Origin: Deltaproteobacteria bacterium
GTDB taxonomy: Bacteria; Desulfobacterota; Desulfomonilia; UBA1062
Direction: 5' to 3'
Assembly: GCA_029552245.1 (NCBI GenBank)
Contig: JAKPDW010000077.1
Span: 64,438 to 128,437, forward strand
DNA: 64,000 bases
The notes beneath the pieces were generated by a model, which was not told the origin of the DNA, did not search any database, and saw nothing but the letters and a program-made list of their open reading frames with translations. Below, one piece after another: positions 18,674 through 28,632 of this stretch (the stretch's first letter is position 1; each line of letters begins with the position of its first letter). The position numbers and the translations under genes are program-made.

Positions 18674-21313
18674 ATGGATGTGAACAGGTTCACGCAGAAA
18701 TCACAAGAGGCGATAGCGAACGCCCAGAACACGGCTGTCCGCTTCTCCCACCCGGAGATCGACGTGGAGCACCTGCTGCTCGCGCTCGTCGAGCAGGAAG
18801 ACGGCCTCGTGCCGCGGCTCTTCGCCAAGATGGACGTGCCGATGGCGAGCTTTTCGGCCGAGCTCGTCAAGGAACTCGAACGCAGGCCGAAGGTGTCGGG
18901 CCCCGGCGTCGAGCCGGGCAAGGCTCTCATCACCCAGAGGCTGAGCAGGGTGCTGGTCGCCGCAAAGGAGGAAGCGGCGCGCCTGAAGGACGAGTACGTC
19001 TCGGTCGAGCACCTCCTCTTCGCCATGATCGACGAGGGCAGGTCGTCTGCTGCGGCCCGCATCCTCGCCCGGTTCAACATCACCAGGGAACGGATCCTCC
19101 AGGCGCTGACCTCGATCAGGGGCAACCAGCGCGTGACGAGCGACAACCCGGAGGCCGCCTACGAGGCCCTCCAGAAATACGGCATAGACCTGGTCTCCCA
19201 GGCCCAGCTCGGCAAGCTCGACCCCGTCATCGGGAGGGACGACGAGATCAGGCGGGTGATCCGCATCCTCTCCCGGAAGACCAAGAACAACCCCGTGCTC
19301 ATAGGAGAGCCGGGCGTCGGGAAGACGGCGATAGTGGAGGGCCTCGCCCAGCGTATCGTCAGGGGGGACGTGCCCGAGGGCCTCAAGGACAAGACCGTCT
19401 TCGCCCTGGACATGGGGTCCCTGGTCGCGGGCGCGAAGTACCGGGGCGAGTTCGAAGAGCGCCTGAAGGCGGTGCTGGCGGAGATCAAGGCGAGCCAGGG
19501 CAGGATCATCCTCTTCATCGACGAGATGCACAACATCGTGGGCGCCGGGAGGGCGGAGGGGTCCATGGACGCGGGGAACATGCTCAAGCCCATGCTGGCA
19601 CGCGGCGAACTCCACTGCATCGGCGCGACGACCCTGGACGAGTACAGAAAGTACGTGGAGAAGGACAAGGCCCTCGAAAGGCGGTTCCAGCCCGTCATGG
19701 TGGACCCGCCGACCGTGGAGGACACGATATCCATCCTGCGTGGTCTCAAGGAGCGCTTCGAGGTCCACCACGGGGTGAAGATCCAGGACAACGCGCTCGT
19801 TGCGGCGTCGGTGCTGTCCAACCGGTACATCTCGGACCGGTTCCTTCCGGACAAGGCCATCGACCTCGTGGACGAGGCCTGCGCCATGATCCGCACCGAG
19901 ATCGACTCCATGCCGGCCGAACTCGACGGCGTGACCAGAAAGATCATGCAGCTCGAGATCGAGGAGGCGGCCCTCAAGAAGGAGAAGGACAAGGCGAGCA
20001 CCAAGCGGCTCGAGGAGCTCACGAAAGAGCTTTCTGACCTCAAGGAACAGGCCCAGGCCATGCGCTTGCGCTGGGAGAGGGAGAAGGAGGAGATCCAGCG
20101 CATAACCCGGCTCAGGGAGGAGATCGAGGAGACCAAGCGCCTCATCGAGAGGGCCGAACGAGAGTACGATCTGAACAAGGCCGCCGAGCTCAGGCACGGG
20201 AAGCTGCCGCAGCTCGAGAGGCAGCTCGCACAGGCCGAGAAGGAGGCCACCTCGTCGGAGGGCAAGCTCCTTCGCGAGAGCGTGACCGAGGACGTGATCG
20301 CCGAGATCGTGTCCCGATGGACGGGCATCCCGGTCTCGCGCCTCGTGGAGGGCGAGAAGGAAAAGCTCCTGAGGCTCGACGAGATCCTCCACAGGCGCAT
20401 CGTGGGCCAGGACGAGGCGGTCCGGGCGGTCGCCGACGCGGTGATCCGCGCCCGCTCGGGCATCAAGGACCCGAAGCGGCCCATCGGTTCGTTCATCTTC
20501 CTCGGACCCACGGGCGTGGGCAAGACGGAGCTCGCCAAGGCGCTGGCCGAGGCGCTCTTCGACACCGAGGACAACATGGTGCGCATAGACATGAGCGAGT
20601 ACATGGAAAAGCACGCGGTCAGCAGGCTCATCGGCTCCCCGCCCGGCTACGTGGGTTACGAGGAAGGCGGCCAGCTCACCGAGGCCGTACGGCGCAAGCC
20701 CTACTCCGTGGTGCTCTTCGACGAGATCGAGAAGGCCCACCATGACGTATTCAACGTGCTCCTCCAGATCCTCGACGACGGGAGGGTCACCGACTCCCAC
20801 GGGAGGACCGTGAACTTCAAGAACACGGTCATCATCATGACGAGCAATATCGGGTCAACGGACCTCATCGAGGGCGTCGGCCCCACGGGGGAGATCTCGG
20901 CCCGGGCCAGGGAGTCGGTCATGTCGCAGCTCAGGGTCCACTTCAGGCCGGAGTTCCTGAACAGGGTGGACGACATCGTGCTCTTCAAGGCACTCAGTCT
21001 GGAGGAGATCAAGCGTATCGTGGACCTCCTCACCTCCGAGATCGAAAAGAGGCTGAAGGAGCGACGGATAACCTTCCTCCTGAGCGATGAGGCCAAGGAA
21101 TTCATCGCCCGCCAGGGCTACGACCCGGTCTACGGCGCCCGTCCGCTCAAGCGTTTCATCCAGCGGGAGCTGGAGACGAGGCTCGGCAGGGCCATCATAG
21201 CGGGAGAGATCACCGACGGCAGCACGGTACGGGTGGATGTCAGGGAATCGAGGCTCGAGTTCACAACCGAGGCCGAGTCGCCCGAGCGTGTCCAGGCGGT
21301 CTCGGCCGTCTGA
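18674..21313 (+). CDS. clpB: ATP-dependent chaperone ClpB
   Basis: Start [10 protein letters not shown]; [21 protein letters not shown], long middle coiled coil, [28 protein letters not shown]. Confidence 0.98.
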   Translation: MDVNRFTQKSQEAIANAQNTAVRFSHPEIDVEHLLLALVEQEDGLVPRLFAKMDVPMASFSAELVKELERRPKVSGPGVEPGKALITQRLSRVLVAAKEEAARLKDEYVSVEHLLFAMIDEGRSSAAARILARFNITRERILQALTSIRGNQRVTSDNPEAAYEALQKYGIDLVSQAQLGKLDPVIGRDDEIRRVIRILSRKTKNNPVLIGEPGVGKTAIVEGLAQRIVRGDVPEGLKDKTVFALDMGSLVAGAKYRGEFEERLKAVLAEIKASQGRIILFIDEMHNIVGAGRAEGSMDAGNMLKPMLARGELHCIGATTLDEYRKYVEKDKALERRFQPVMVDPPTVEDTISILRGLKERFEVHHGVKIQDNALVAASVLSNRYISDRFLPDKAIDLVDEACAMIRTEIDSMPAELDGVTRKIMQLEIEEAALKKEKDKASTKRLEELTKELSDLKEQAQAMRLRWEREKEEIQRITRLREEIEETKRLIERAEREYDLNKAAELRHGKLPQLERQLAQAEKEATSSEGKLLRESVTEDVIAEIVSRWTGIPVSRLVEGEKEKLLRLDEILHRRIVGQDEAVRAVADAVIRARSGIKDPKRPIGSFIFLGPTGVGKTELAKALAEALFDTEDNMVRIDMSEYMEKHAVSRLIGSPPGYVGYEEGGQLTEAVRRKPYSVVLFDEIEKAHHDVFNVLLQILDDGRVTDSHGRTVNFKNTVIIMTSNIGSTDLIEGVGPTGEISARARESVMSQLRVHFRPEFLNRVDDIVLFKALSLEEIKRIVDLLTSEIEKRLKERRITFLLSDEAKEFIARQGYDPVYGARPLKRFIQRELETRLGRAIIAGEITDGSTVRVDVRESRLEFTTEAESPERVQAVSAV

Positions 21314-21333
21314 GGCGGCCGGTCCGAGAAACC

Positions 21334-21356
21334 GCGGGGGGCCTCAAGCCCCCCGC
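21334..21356. terminator. GC hairpin between convergent clpB and hydrolase genes
   Basis: GCGGGGGGC-CTCAA-GCCCCCCGC perfect 9-bp stem; no strong adjacent U-tract. Confidence 0.5.
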
Positions 21357-21445
21357 ACCGAAAACCTCCTTTTTCGCATCCTCCTCTTGAGAAGGCACCC
21401 ATACCCGAGACGCCCGCGTGCACCTGTGGGACACGCAGGCGGTTA

Positions 21446-22195
21446 TCACCCCCATCGCTTGAGGAAGTCCATGATCTTCTCCCGGTAGGCAAACGAATGC
21501 CTCGAGATGAAGGCGTCTATGTGCCCGACGCCGTCGAGGATGAGAATGTCCTTGGGGTCGGACGCCGCCTCGTGCATGTCTATGGAGTGCGTGAACGGGA
21601 CCACGACGTCGGCGGTCCCATGGATGAAGAGCTTCGGCACCCGGCTGAGCGGCAGGGTGTCGAGGGCCGAGAAGCCCTCGGACGGCACCTCGCACGCGAA
21701 GTCCGGGTATGCCTGGGTGAAAAGCGCATGGAAAGAATGGAGTCCCGCCTCCAGGATCGCTCCTTTGAGCCCGGGGAAGTCCGGCAGGACCCTGGCGAGG
21801 GTGTACGCCCCCATGGACTGTCCGAACCCGAAGACCGAGCCGCCGAAGGTCTCGGGGTGGGCCAGGACGTGGGAGAACACGAGCCTTGCGTCCTCCTGTA
21901 TGCCCTTGAGCGTCGGCCTCCCCCGAGACTGGCCGTACCCGCTGTAGTCGAAGGCGAGCACGGGGAACCCGGCCTCGAGGAGGAACATGACGCCCGTGAT
22001 GTGCGAGGTCATGTTCTCGGCGTTGCCGTGGAGGTGCACGACGAGCTGTTTCTGTTCGTTGTGGGGTTTGGGGTGCACGAACCAGCAGTGGATTCGGTCT
22101 TCGAGCCAGAGGTCGTCCCGTCGGTACCCGCGGGTCGACGGGTCGAAGTAGACGTAACCGTCGGGGTAGAAACAGGCCTCCTCGGTGATCTTCAC
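21446..22195 (-). CDS. Alpha/beta-fold hydrolase
   Basis: HGNAEN, DYSGYGQS, nucleophile elbow GQSMG, HGTADVVVP, GVGH; start uncertain (22195 or 22231). Confidence 0.88.
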   Translation of the reverse strand: MKITEEACFYPDGYVYFDPSTRGYRRDDLWLEDRIHCWFVHPKPHNEQKQLVVHLHGNAENMTSHITGVMFLLEAGFPVLAFDYSGYGQSRGRPTLKGIQEDARLVFSHVLAHPETFGGSVFGFGQSMGAYTLARVLPDFPGLKGAILEAGLHSFHALFTQAYPDFACEVPSEGFSALDTLPLSRVPKLFIHGTADVVVPFTHSIDMHEAASDPKDILILDGVGHIDAFISRHSFAYREKIMDFLKRWG

Positions 22196-22281
22196 GGCCC
22201 CACTATAATGCAGGTCCAGCCTTGTCCGCAATCGTCTCTTGCGTGTTGACCCGGGGAGGAGTTCCGGTACAATGGTCGGAC

Positions 22282-23013
22282 ATGGCGCAGATGGTCACCT
22301 TCCTCTCGGACTTCGGGTCGAAAGACGCCTACGTTGCCCAGGTCAAGGCGGTGATCCTCTCGTCGGCGCCCTCGGTGACGATCGTGGACATCACCCACGA
22401 GGTGGAACCCTTCGACCTCGTCTCCGCGGGCTGGCTCCTGGCCGCGAGCTACAGGCACTTTCCCAGGGGCACCGTGCACCTCGCGGTCGTCGACCCGGGC
22501 GTGGGGACCGCAAGGGCGGCGCTCGTGGCGAGAAAGGACGGCCATACCTTCGTGGGGCCGGACAACGGCGTCTTCTCGTTCATCTACCCTGCGGACGAGG
22601 TCATCGAGGTGACCTGGCGTCCGGGAAAGGCCGTGTCGAACACGTTCCACGGGAGGGACCTGTTCGCGCCCCTGGTGGTGAGGCTTGTCACCGGCCACGG
22701 CCTGGGGGTGCCGGGTCGGCCGATGGCGGAGCCGGTGCGGCTCGAGGTCGACGGGCCCATGGTCGTCCACGTCGACCGTTTCGGCAACGTGATCACGAAT
22801 ATCCCGGCGGAGAGGCTCGCACGGGGCGGTGGGGTGGAGATCAACGGCACGCGGGTATCTAGGACGGTGTCCACCTTCGCGGAGCTTCAGGACGGCTCCC
22901 TCGGCCTCATCTGCGGGAGCTCGGGCACCATCGAGGTCGTGTCACACCGCGCCCGCGCATCCGACGTGCTCTGCGCGGGGCCCGGCACGCCCGTGTCCCT
23001 CATCGGCCCGTGA
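22282..23013 (+). CDS. SAM hydroxide adenosyltransferase / chlorinase-fluorinase (DUF62) family protein
   Basis: TFLSDFG, VDITHEV, HLAVVDPGVGT, GPDNG, NTFHGRDLFAP, VDRFGNVITN. Confidence 0.93.
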   Translation: MAQMVTFLSDFGSKDAYVAQVKAVILSSAPSVTIVDITHEVEPFDLVSAGWLLAASYRHFPRGTVHLAVVDPGVGTARAALVARKDGHTFVGPDNGVFSFIYPADEVIEVTWRPGKAVSNTFHGRDLFAPLVVRLVTGHGLGVPGRPMAEPVRLEVDGPMVVHVDRFGNVITNIPAERLARGGGVEINGTRVSRTVSTFAELQDGSLGLICGSSGTIEVVSHRARASDVLCAGPGTPVSLIGP

Positions 23014-23230
23014 CACGCCGTCTCAGGGCGCTCCTCGCGGATCCGCCGCACGGGTCGACCATGCCCTGCCCGAAAGGATTCCACCGCCAAGCCGGACACG
23101 TCTGTCATACATCCATCGCACGGCCCGGCCATGCGGGCGCAACCTGACTGTCCCCACCGGGACGCGATCGGCTTTGCCGGCAAAGGCCTTGCACGGCATA
23201 CCCGCGCGGGATATCGAGCCGTATCCGCCG

Positions 23231-23319
23231 CATACCCCCTTCGACGTCGGGGCCATGCGCAGCTCATTGGCCTTCTCGGTGGCCGCCCGCCCATACCCCC
23301 TTCCACGTCGGGGCCATGC
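23231..23319. repeat. Intergenic direct-repeat pair C (28 nt x2, period 61, 33-nt spacer)
   Basis: CATACCCCCTTCGACGTCGGGGCCATGC (23231-23258) and CATACCCCCTTCCACGTCGGGGCCATGC (23292-23319), 1 mismatch; degenerate copy near 23106-23134. Confidence 0.82.
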
Positions 23320-23406
23320 ACCGATGTATGGATGAAGGCGCGGCGTCGTGGGGGTCACCCCGGCCCACAGCCTGCTCCCCGGCGGTGAACCCCACGGGGA
23401 CGGCCG

Positions 23407-24063
23407 TCACCTGGGCCCGAAGATGCGCGTGCCGATCCGCACCATGGTCGCGCCCTCCTCGATGGCGATATCGTACGAATCGCTCATGCCCATGGACAAG
23501 ACCTCCATGGCCACGTTCGCGATCCCGAGCGAGGCGATCTCCTCGAAGAGCATCCTCGTCTCCCTGAAGTAGGGCCTCAAACCGGAGAAGTCCTCCATGA
23601 ACGGGCCCATGGTCATGAGCCCCTTCACCCTGATGTTGTCCAGCGTCGAGATCCGTCTCACCAAGGCCACCGCGTCCTCGGGCATGACCCCGTGCTTGTT
23701 TTCCTCGCGGCCGCTGTTGACCTCCACGAGCACGGGCACGGTCCTGCCGTTCTTCGATGCGTGCGCGTCCAGGAGGGTCGCGAGTTCCACGGAATCGACG
23801 GTCTGGATGGTGTCGAAGAGCCTGACGACGTGCTTGGCCTTGTTCTTCTGGACGTGGCCGATGAAGTGCCACCTGGCCCTGTCCCCCAGTGCGCCTATCA
23901 CCGGCACGGCCTCCTGGAGATAGTTCTCACCGATGTCCGTGATGCCGGCGTCGATGGCCTCCTCTATCTCGGCCACGGTCCGTGACTTGGCGGCGGCGAC
24001 CACCGTGACACCCGCGGGGATACCCGCGAGCAGCGACCTGACATTGTCGGAGATGACGCCCAT
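23407..24063 (-). CDS. yggS: PLP homeostasis protein YggS/PLPBP
   Basis: VAAAKSR, IGENYLQE, WHFIGHVQKNK, GLMTM, LSMGMSDSY, VRIGTRIFG. Confidence 0.95.
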   Translation of the reverse strand: MGVISDNVRSLLAGIPAGVTVVAAAKSRTVAEIEEAIDAGITDIGENYLQEAVPVIGALGDRARWHFIGHVQKNKAKHVVRLFDTIQTVDSVELATLLDAHASKNGRTVPVLVEVNSGREENKHGVMPEDAVALVRRISTLDNIRVKGLMTMGPFMEDFSGLRPYFRETRMLFEEIASLGIANVAMEVLSMGMSDSYDIAIEEGATMVRIGTRIFGPR

Positions 24064-24304
24064 GACCTTGTTGTGAGGCCTCAAGGCGCCTCCTGTCAAG
24101 GTTGAACAACACATACGGAAAACGGGAGGCTTCCTCCACCGTCTCTCGAGGATGCCGCCTCGGCACCCACGCGGACAGCGCCCGCTGTCGAAGGCCACGA
24201 AGACCACACATCGACGTGCTTCCTGCGGTCGCGCTCACGGCACACACGTGCTGAAAGACACGGATTCAGGTTGACTGCTCGCGCGCGCCCACGTATGAGG
24301 AAAA

Positions 24305-24318
24305 GGAAACCTATTTCC
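24305..24318. promoter_or_regulatory. NrpR-type operator GGAA-N6-TTCC
   Basis: GGAAACCTATTTCC (extends to AGGAA-N6-TTCCT) 22 nt before nrpR, just downstream of TTGACT-N17-TATGAG. Confidence 0.72.
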
Positions 24319-24340
24319 TCTATGGCTAGGAGGAACGCAC

Positions 24341-25351
24341 GTGTTCGGTTACGACGACATGGAACGAAAGAGCGTGTTGATCCTGCGCATCCTCAACCAG
24401 GCACAGGGTCCGCTCGGCGCACGGATCATCGCCAGGAGGCTCAAGGACTACGGCGTGAACCTCTCGGAGCGGGCCGTGCGCTACCACCTGCAGTTCATGG
24501 ACCAGCGGGAGCTGACCCGGTTCGTGGGCAGGCGCGACGGCAGGGTGATAACCGCAAGGGGCATCGAGGAGCTGCGGAACGCCCGCGTGCACGACAAGGT
24601 GGGCTACTGCATCTCGCGCATGGAGATCCTGGCCTACAAGACCACCTTCAGCGCAAGGTCGGGCAAGGGCTCGATCCCGATCAACGTGTCGTTCTTCCCC
24701 GAGGGCCAGTTCGCAAACGCGCTCAAGGCGATGCGGTCGTCCTTCGAGAAGGGCCTGTGCGTGAGCGATCTCGTGGCCACGGCGCCGGCGGGCCGCTTCC
24801 TGGGCGACATCATCGTGCCCGAGGGCAGCATCGGCTTCGCGACGGTCTGTTCCATCGTCTTCTCGGGTATGCTCCTCAAGAAGGGGATCCCCCTGGAATC
24901 CAAGTTCGGCGGCATCCTCCAGGTCAGCGAGCACAAGCCCTTGAGGTTCGTGGATCTCATCCACTACTCGGGCACCTCCCTCGACCCGTCCGAGGCGTTC
25001 ATAAGCGCCCGCATGACCGAGGTCAGGCGTGCGGTGCAACACGGCGAGGGCAAGATCCTGGCCAACTTTTCCGAGATCGCAGGGGTCTGCAAGGACGGGG
25101 TGGAGGAGGTCGTGTCCGAGCTCAGGGACGTCGGCATGAACCCGGTGATCACCATGGGCAAGACCGGGGAGCCCATATGCCAGGTACCCGTGGACGTGAA
25201 CAAGATGGGGGTGATCCTCATCGGCGGGTTGAACCCTGTCGCCGCGGCCAAGGAGGCGGGCGTGGAAGAGACCAACCTGCCCATGTCGACCCTCATGGAA
25301 TACAAGGACCTCAGGAGGTTCTCCTCGGTCTGCCGCGACTTTCTCGGCTGA
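24341..25351 (+). CDS. nrpR: NrpR-family nitrogen regulator (wHTH + NRD/DUF128 domain)
   Basis: ILRIL..PLGARIIARRL..NLSERAVRYHLQFMD wHTH, GSIPINVS, ATVCSIVFSGMLLKKGIP, LIGGLNPVAAAKE; RBS AGGAGG before GTG. Confidence 0.85.
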   Translation: MFGYDDMERKSVLILRILNQAQGPLGARIIARRLKDYGVNLSERAVRYHLQFMDQRELTRFVGRRDGRVITARGIEELRNARVHDKVGYCISRMEILAYKTTFSARSGKGSIPINVSFFPEGQFANALKAMRSSFEKGLCVSDLVATAPAGRFLGDIIVPEGSIGFATVCSIVFSGMLLKKGIPLESKFGGILQVSEHKPLRFVDLIHYSGTSLDPSEAFISARMTEVRRAVQHGEGKILANFSEIAGVCKDGVEEVVSELRDVGMNPVITMGKTGEPICQVPVDVNKMGVILIGGLNPVAAAKEAGVEETNLPMSTLMEYKDLRRFSSVCRDFLG

Positions 25352-25543
25352 TGCACCCGTTCCCTCCCCCCAGGCGCCATCGGCTCGCCCAGCCGGGCCG
25401 GGATCGAGGCCTGCCGCGACCCACACACCCTTTCGCCTGCACCTCCACACCGTGTGGACCGGGGACGAGGCCCGGGCGGCTTCCGCCTGAAGCGGCCTCG
25501 GGCTCGGGGATCACCGCTCATCACGCACGCAGGGCGCCTCGGT

Positions 25544-25686
25544 GACCGCACACGGGGGTACGGGCATGACTCGATCGCCGGTCTCTTGAAGCCACGCCTA
25601 TCAGACCGCATACGGACGGGCATGCCGTTCGGGGACCTCATTGATGGCGGGAAAAAATATCAGGCCGCACACGGACGGGCATGCCG
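25544..25686. repeat. Intergenic mini-array E (29 nt x2 plus one degenerate copy; period 59-60)
   Basis: TATCAGACCGCATACGGACGGGCATGCCG (25599-25627), TATCAGGCCGCACACGGACGGGCATGCCG (25658-25686), 30-nt spacer; degenerate GACCGCACACGG(GGGT)ACGGGCATG at 25544. Confidence 0.8.
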
Positions 25687-25866
25687 CTTCCCCGAAGACC
25701 CCGGCTTCACGCATGGAGGGTGGGCCGATGACCACGCACGGTCTCGATGCGCCCCGTGTCCCGGCCCAAGACGACTTGGGAAGGCCTCCCGTACGGGCGC
25801 TTCGACGAGCGGATGCTTCCAGAGCGCATGCGGCAGGGGGTCTTGCCGACGGCGGGGGATGCCCGC

Positions 25867-28248
25867 TCACCCTAACGCTATGGCGGTCCTCGCGATGATC
25901 TCGTCCTTGACCGAGTCAGGCAGCTCGTCGAAGTATGCGCAATACCCGGCCACCCTGACCACGATCCCGGGGTACCTGCCCGGGTGCCGCCTCGCCTCGG
26001 CGAGAAGCGCCGGGTCCAAGACGTTGAGCTGCACCTCCATGCCTTTCCGGTCGAAGAACCCTTGCACGAGCGCCCCCACGATATCCACGGCCTCCCCGCG
26101 GGAGAAAGAGCCCACGTCGATGAGGAGGTTCAGGGCATACCCGTTGGGGCAGAGCGTCGCATCGATGGAAGCGACCGAGTTGAGCAGGGCGGTGGGGCCC
26201 TGCCTGTCGCACCCGTTGCAGCACCCCATGCTTGCCGCAAAGGGTCGTCCGGCCTTTCGGCCGCTCGGCAGGGCCCCGGTGCGTCTCCCGAAGGCCACGT
26301 GGGTGGTGGACGAGTAGAAGCCGGGGATGTAGGGGCCTCCCCGGGTGTTCGTGTACCCGGCGAGCGCGTCGTGGAAGGTGCGCACCACGAAACCGGCGTA
26401 TCTCTCCGGCAGGCCGTGGTCGTTGCCGAACTTCGGCGCCGACGCGAGCGCCGCCCGTACCGTCTCGTACCCCTGGAAATCGTGCAGCACGGCCTCGAGC
26501 ACCTCCTCGAGGCTGTGCGTTCTCCTGGAGAAGACAACCTCGTCGATGGCGGCGAGCGAGTCCGCGACGTCCGCGACGCCGACGCCCTGGATACCGCTCG
26601 AGTTGCGGCGGGCCCCGCCGGCGGTCACGTCCCTTCCGCTCTCGAGGCAACCCTGCACGAGCATGGAACTGAAGGGCGTGGGGTGGAAATCCCTGTTGGC
26701 CCGCTCTATCACGCGGATGTCCCGCACGAGTCTCTCCACCATGTGCTCCACCTGGGTCTTGAAGGCCCCCATGACGTCGTCCATGGACCTCAACTCCCTC
26801 ACGTGCGGTGTCCGCGCGCCCACCCTGAAGGGAGACCCGGGCCTCCTGCCGGAGTTGAGCGCAAGGAGCAGGCACATGGGCAGGTTGAACAGGGCCGCAT
26901 CGGTCGAGCAGAAGCTCCTGCCGGGCAGGGTCGGCTCCACGCAACCCACGATCGCGTAGTCCCGGGCCTCAGCCGTGGAGTAGCCGTGGGCGGTGAGAGC
27001 CTTTACGACAGCCTCGTCGCTGAACAGGCCGGGGACCGCGTTTCCCCTGCACGCCACCTCGACCGCCCGTCGGACATACGCGGGGTCCGACGACACGCTG
27101 ATGCGCGCCATGTAGTTCGGGTCGCGCAGCCTGGCGTTCTCCATGACGTCGAGGAAGATCCAGGTGAGATCGTTGACTGCGTCATTGCCCTCGGCGTCCA
27201 CCCCTCCCACGGTCGCCGCCTGGGCCACGAGGTACCCGCCGTGGTACTCGCTGATCCCGCTCGAGAGCAGGAACATGTGCTCGGTGGTCTTCGCGGAGAA
27301 GCACAGGAGCAGCTCGTAGGCCTTCTCCCTCGTCATGCGCCCCGCTTTTCTGTCGGCCTCGTAGAAGGGGTAGAGATACTGGTCTACGCGGCCCAGGCTG
27401 ACGGCCGAGTTGAGGCCCTCGAGGCATACGGCCAGGTGGGTGAGCCAGAGCGACTGGAGCGCCTCGTGGAACGTGCCGGCAGGCTTCATGGGCACCTTCG
27501 CACAGATCCTCGAGATCTCGAGCAGTTCCTCTCTTCTCGACAAGTCCCTCTCCTTGAGCGCCGCACGTCGCGCCTCTTCCGACAGCCTGGCCGAAAACGC
27601 CGCCAGGCCCTCGCACGCTATGCGGGCGGCCGCATGCAGATCTCCCCCGTCGCGGTCCAGAGACTCGAGGAACCCCTCTATGCCGAGCTTGAGCATGGCC
27701 TCGTAGCCGGGCAGAAAGTGCCCGATGCCCCCGCCCTCGTTGATGAGGTAGTACTTCGCGTCGAGCTGGTCTGCGAGATACCTGAAAAGCCTCGGGTTGT
27801 ACCAACCGAAGGCCCTCGCCACCATGTTCCTGGAAAGCCAGTACGGTATCACCTTGGCCAGGAGGCGGAACTTGTCCTTGAGGGGAACCTTGTACGGGTT
27901 GTTCCGTCTCCTGCCCATCCAGAGGATCTCGTAACACATGACCGCGCCTGCGAGCTCGGGCTGCATGATCACCGACTTCCTGTGGGAACCCACGTTGCCT
28001 ACGATGAGCTCGTCGTCGAAGATCCTGGCCGACTTGTTCTGCAGGATATGCCTGAGCGCCTTGGCCTTCCTGACGACCATGGGCTCGTTCGGGTCGTCGT
28101 GGTGTTTGAAGAAGTCCGTGACGAGCACGGCACGTTCGGTGCACAGGCGCTCACCCTGGGAGAGCAATGCCCGCCTGATCCGCTCGAACCTTTCAGGCAC
28201 CGCCTGGTTCGAGCCTCTTTCCGCGTATACGCCCCCGGTCACCTTCAC
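25867..28248 (-). CDS. Glycyl radical enzyme (PFL-like family), GRE-2, function unknown
   Basis: 793 aa; Cys-loop AIVGCVEP; glycyl motif VVRVAGYCAYF; SLGRVDQYLYPFY. Confidence 0.93.
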   Translation of the reverse strand: MKVTGGVYAERGSNQAVPERFERIRRALLSQGERLCTERAVLVTDFFKHHDDPNEPMVVRKAKALRHILQNKSARIFDDELIVGNVGSHRKSVIMQPELAGAVMCYEILWMGRRRNNPYKVPLKDKFRLLAKVIPYWLSRNMVARAFGWYNPRLFRYLADQLDAKYYLINEGGGIGHFLPGYEAMLKLGIEGFLESLDRDGGDLHAAARIACEGLAAFSARLSEEARRAALKERDLSRREELLEISRICAKVPMKPAGTFHEALQSLWLTHLAVCLEGLNSAVSLGRVDQYLYPFYEADRKAGRMTREKAYELLLCFSAKTTEHMFLLSSGISEYHGGYLVAQAATVGGVDAEGNDAVNDLTWIFLDVMENARLRDPNYMARISVSSDPAYVRRAVEVACRGNAVPGLFSDEAVVKALTAHGYSTAEARDYAIVGCVEPTLPGRSFCSTDAALFNLPMCLLLALNSGRRPGSPFRVGARTPHVRELRSMDDVMGAFKTQVEHMVERLVRDIRVIERANRDFHPTPFSSMLVQGCLESGRDVTAGGARRNSSGIQGVGVADVADSLAAIDEVVFSRRTHSLEEVLEAVLHDFQGYETVRAALASAPKFGNDHGLPERYAGFVVRTFHDALAGYTNTRGGPYIPGFYSSTTHVAFGRRTGALPSGRKAGRPFAASMGCCNGCDRQGPTALLNSVASIDATLCPNGYALNLLIDVGSFSRGEAVDIVGALVQGFFDRKGMEVQLNVLDPALLAEARRHPGRYPGIVVRVAGYCAYFDELPDSVKDEIIARTAIALG

Positions 28249-28632
28249 TTGTCACCCCCCGTTCGCGACTCCCGCACGCTGCGCCCTCCCGCGCCTCCCG
28301 GGGCCGAGGCGGCATCGTGTCGGTCAGGACAAGCCCACGAGGGTGGGCGGGAGAGAACCCTCCTCCACGTCACCGGGGCGCCCCGAGAGGAGGCGTCCTC
28401 GTCGCACGCCATGGCGAGACCCGAGAGGGCCCGTATGGGCGGCAGGGTGAAGGTCCCCCGGCCGAGAAGGTCACGGCTCGGCCCTCTCGACTCCGTCTGG
28501 TACATGAGGAACACGTCACAAGCCTCGATCGGCCACCTCTCCATCCCCACGCGTCACCTCCCTCGGAAATCCCCCGGCCGCTCGATAGCTATCCCCGCCG
28601 GTCGGCCGAGCATGCGCCCGCTGATGCACACC

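Noticed and set aside
28245-28550. 101-aa ORF between the PNPOx-like gene and GRE-2 (possible small GRE subunit)
   Set aside because: Low-complexity Arg/Gly/Ser/Pro composition, no Cys cluster like HpdC/BssBC and no clear RBS. It cannot be fully excluded because its stop overlaps the GRE-2 start.
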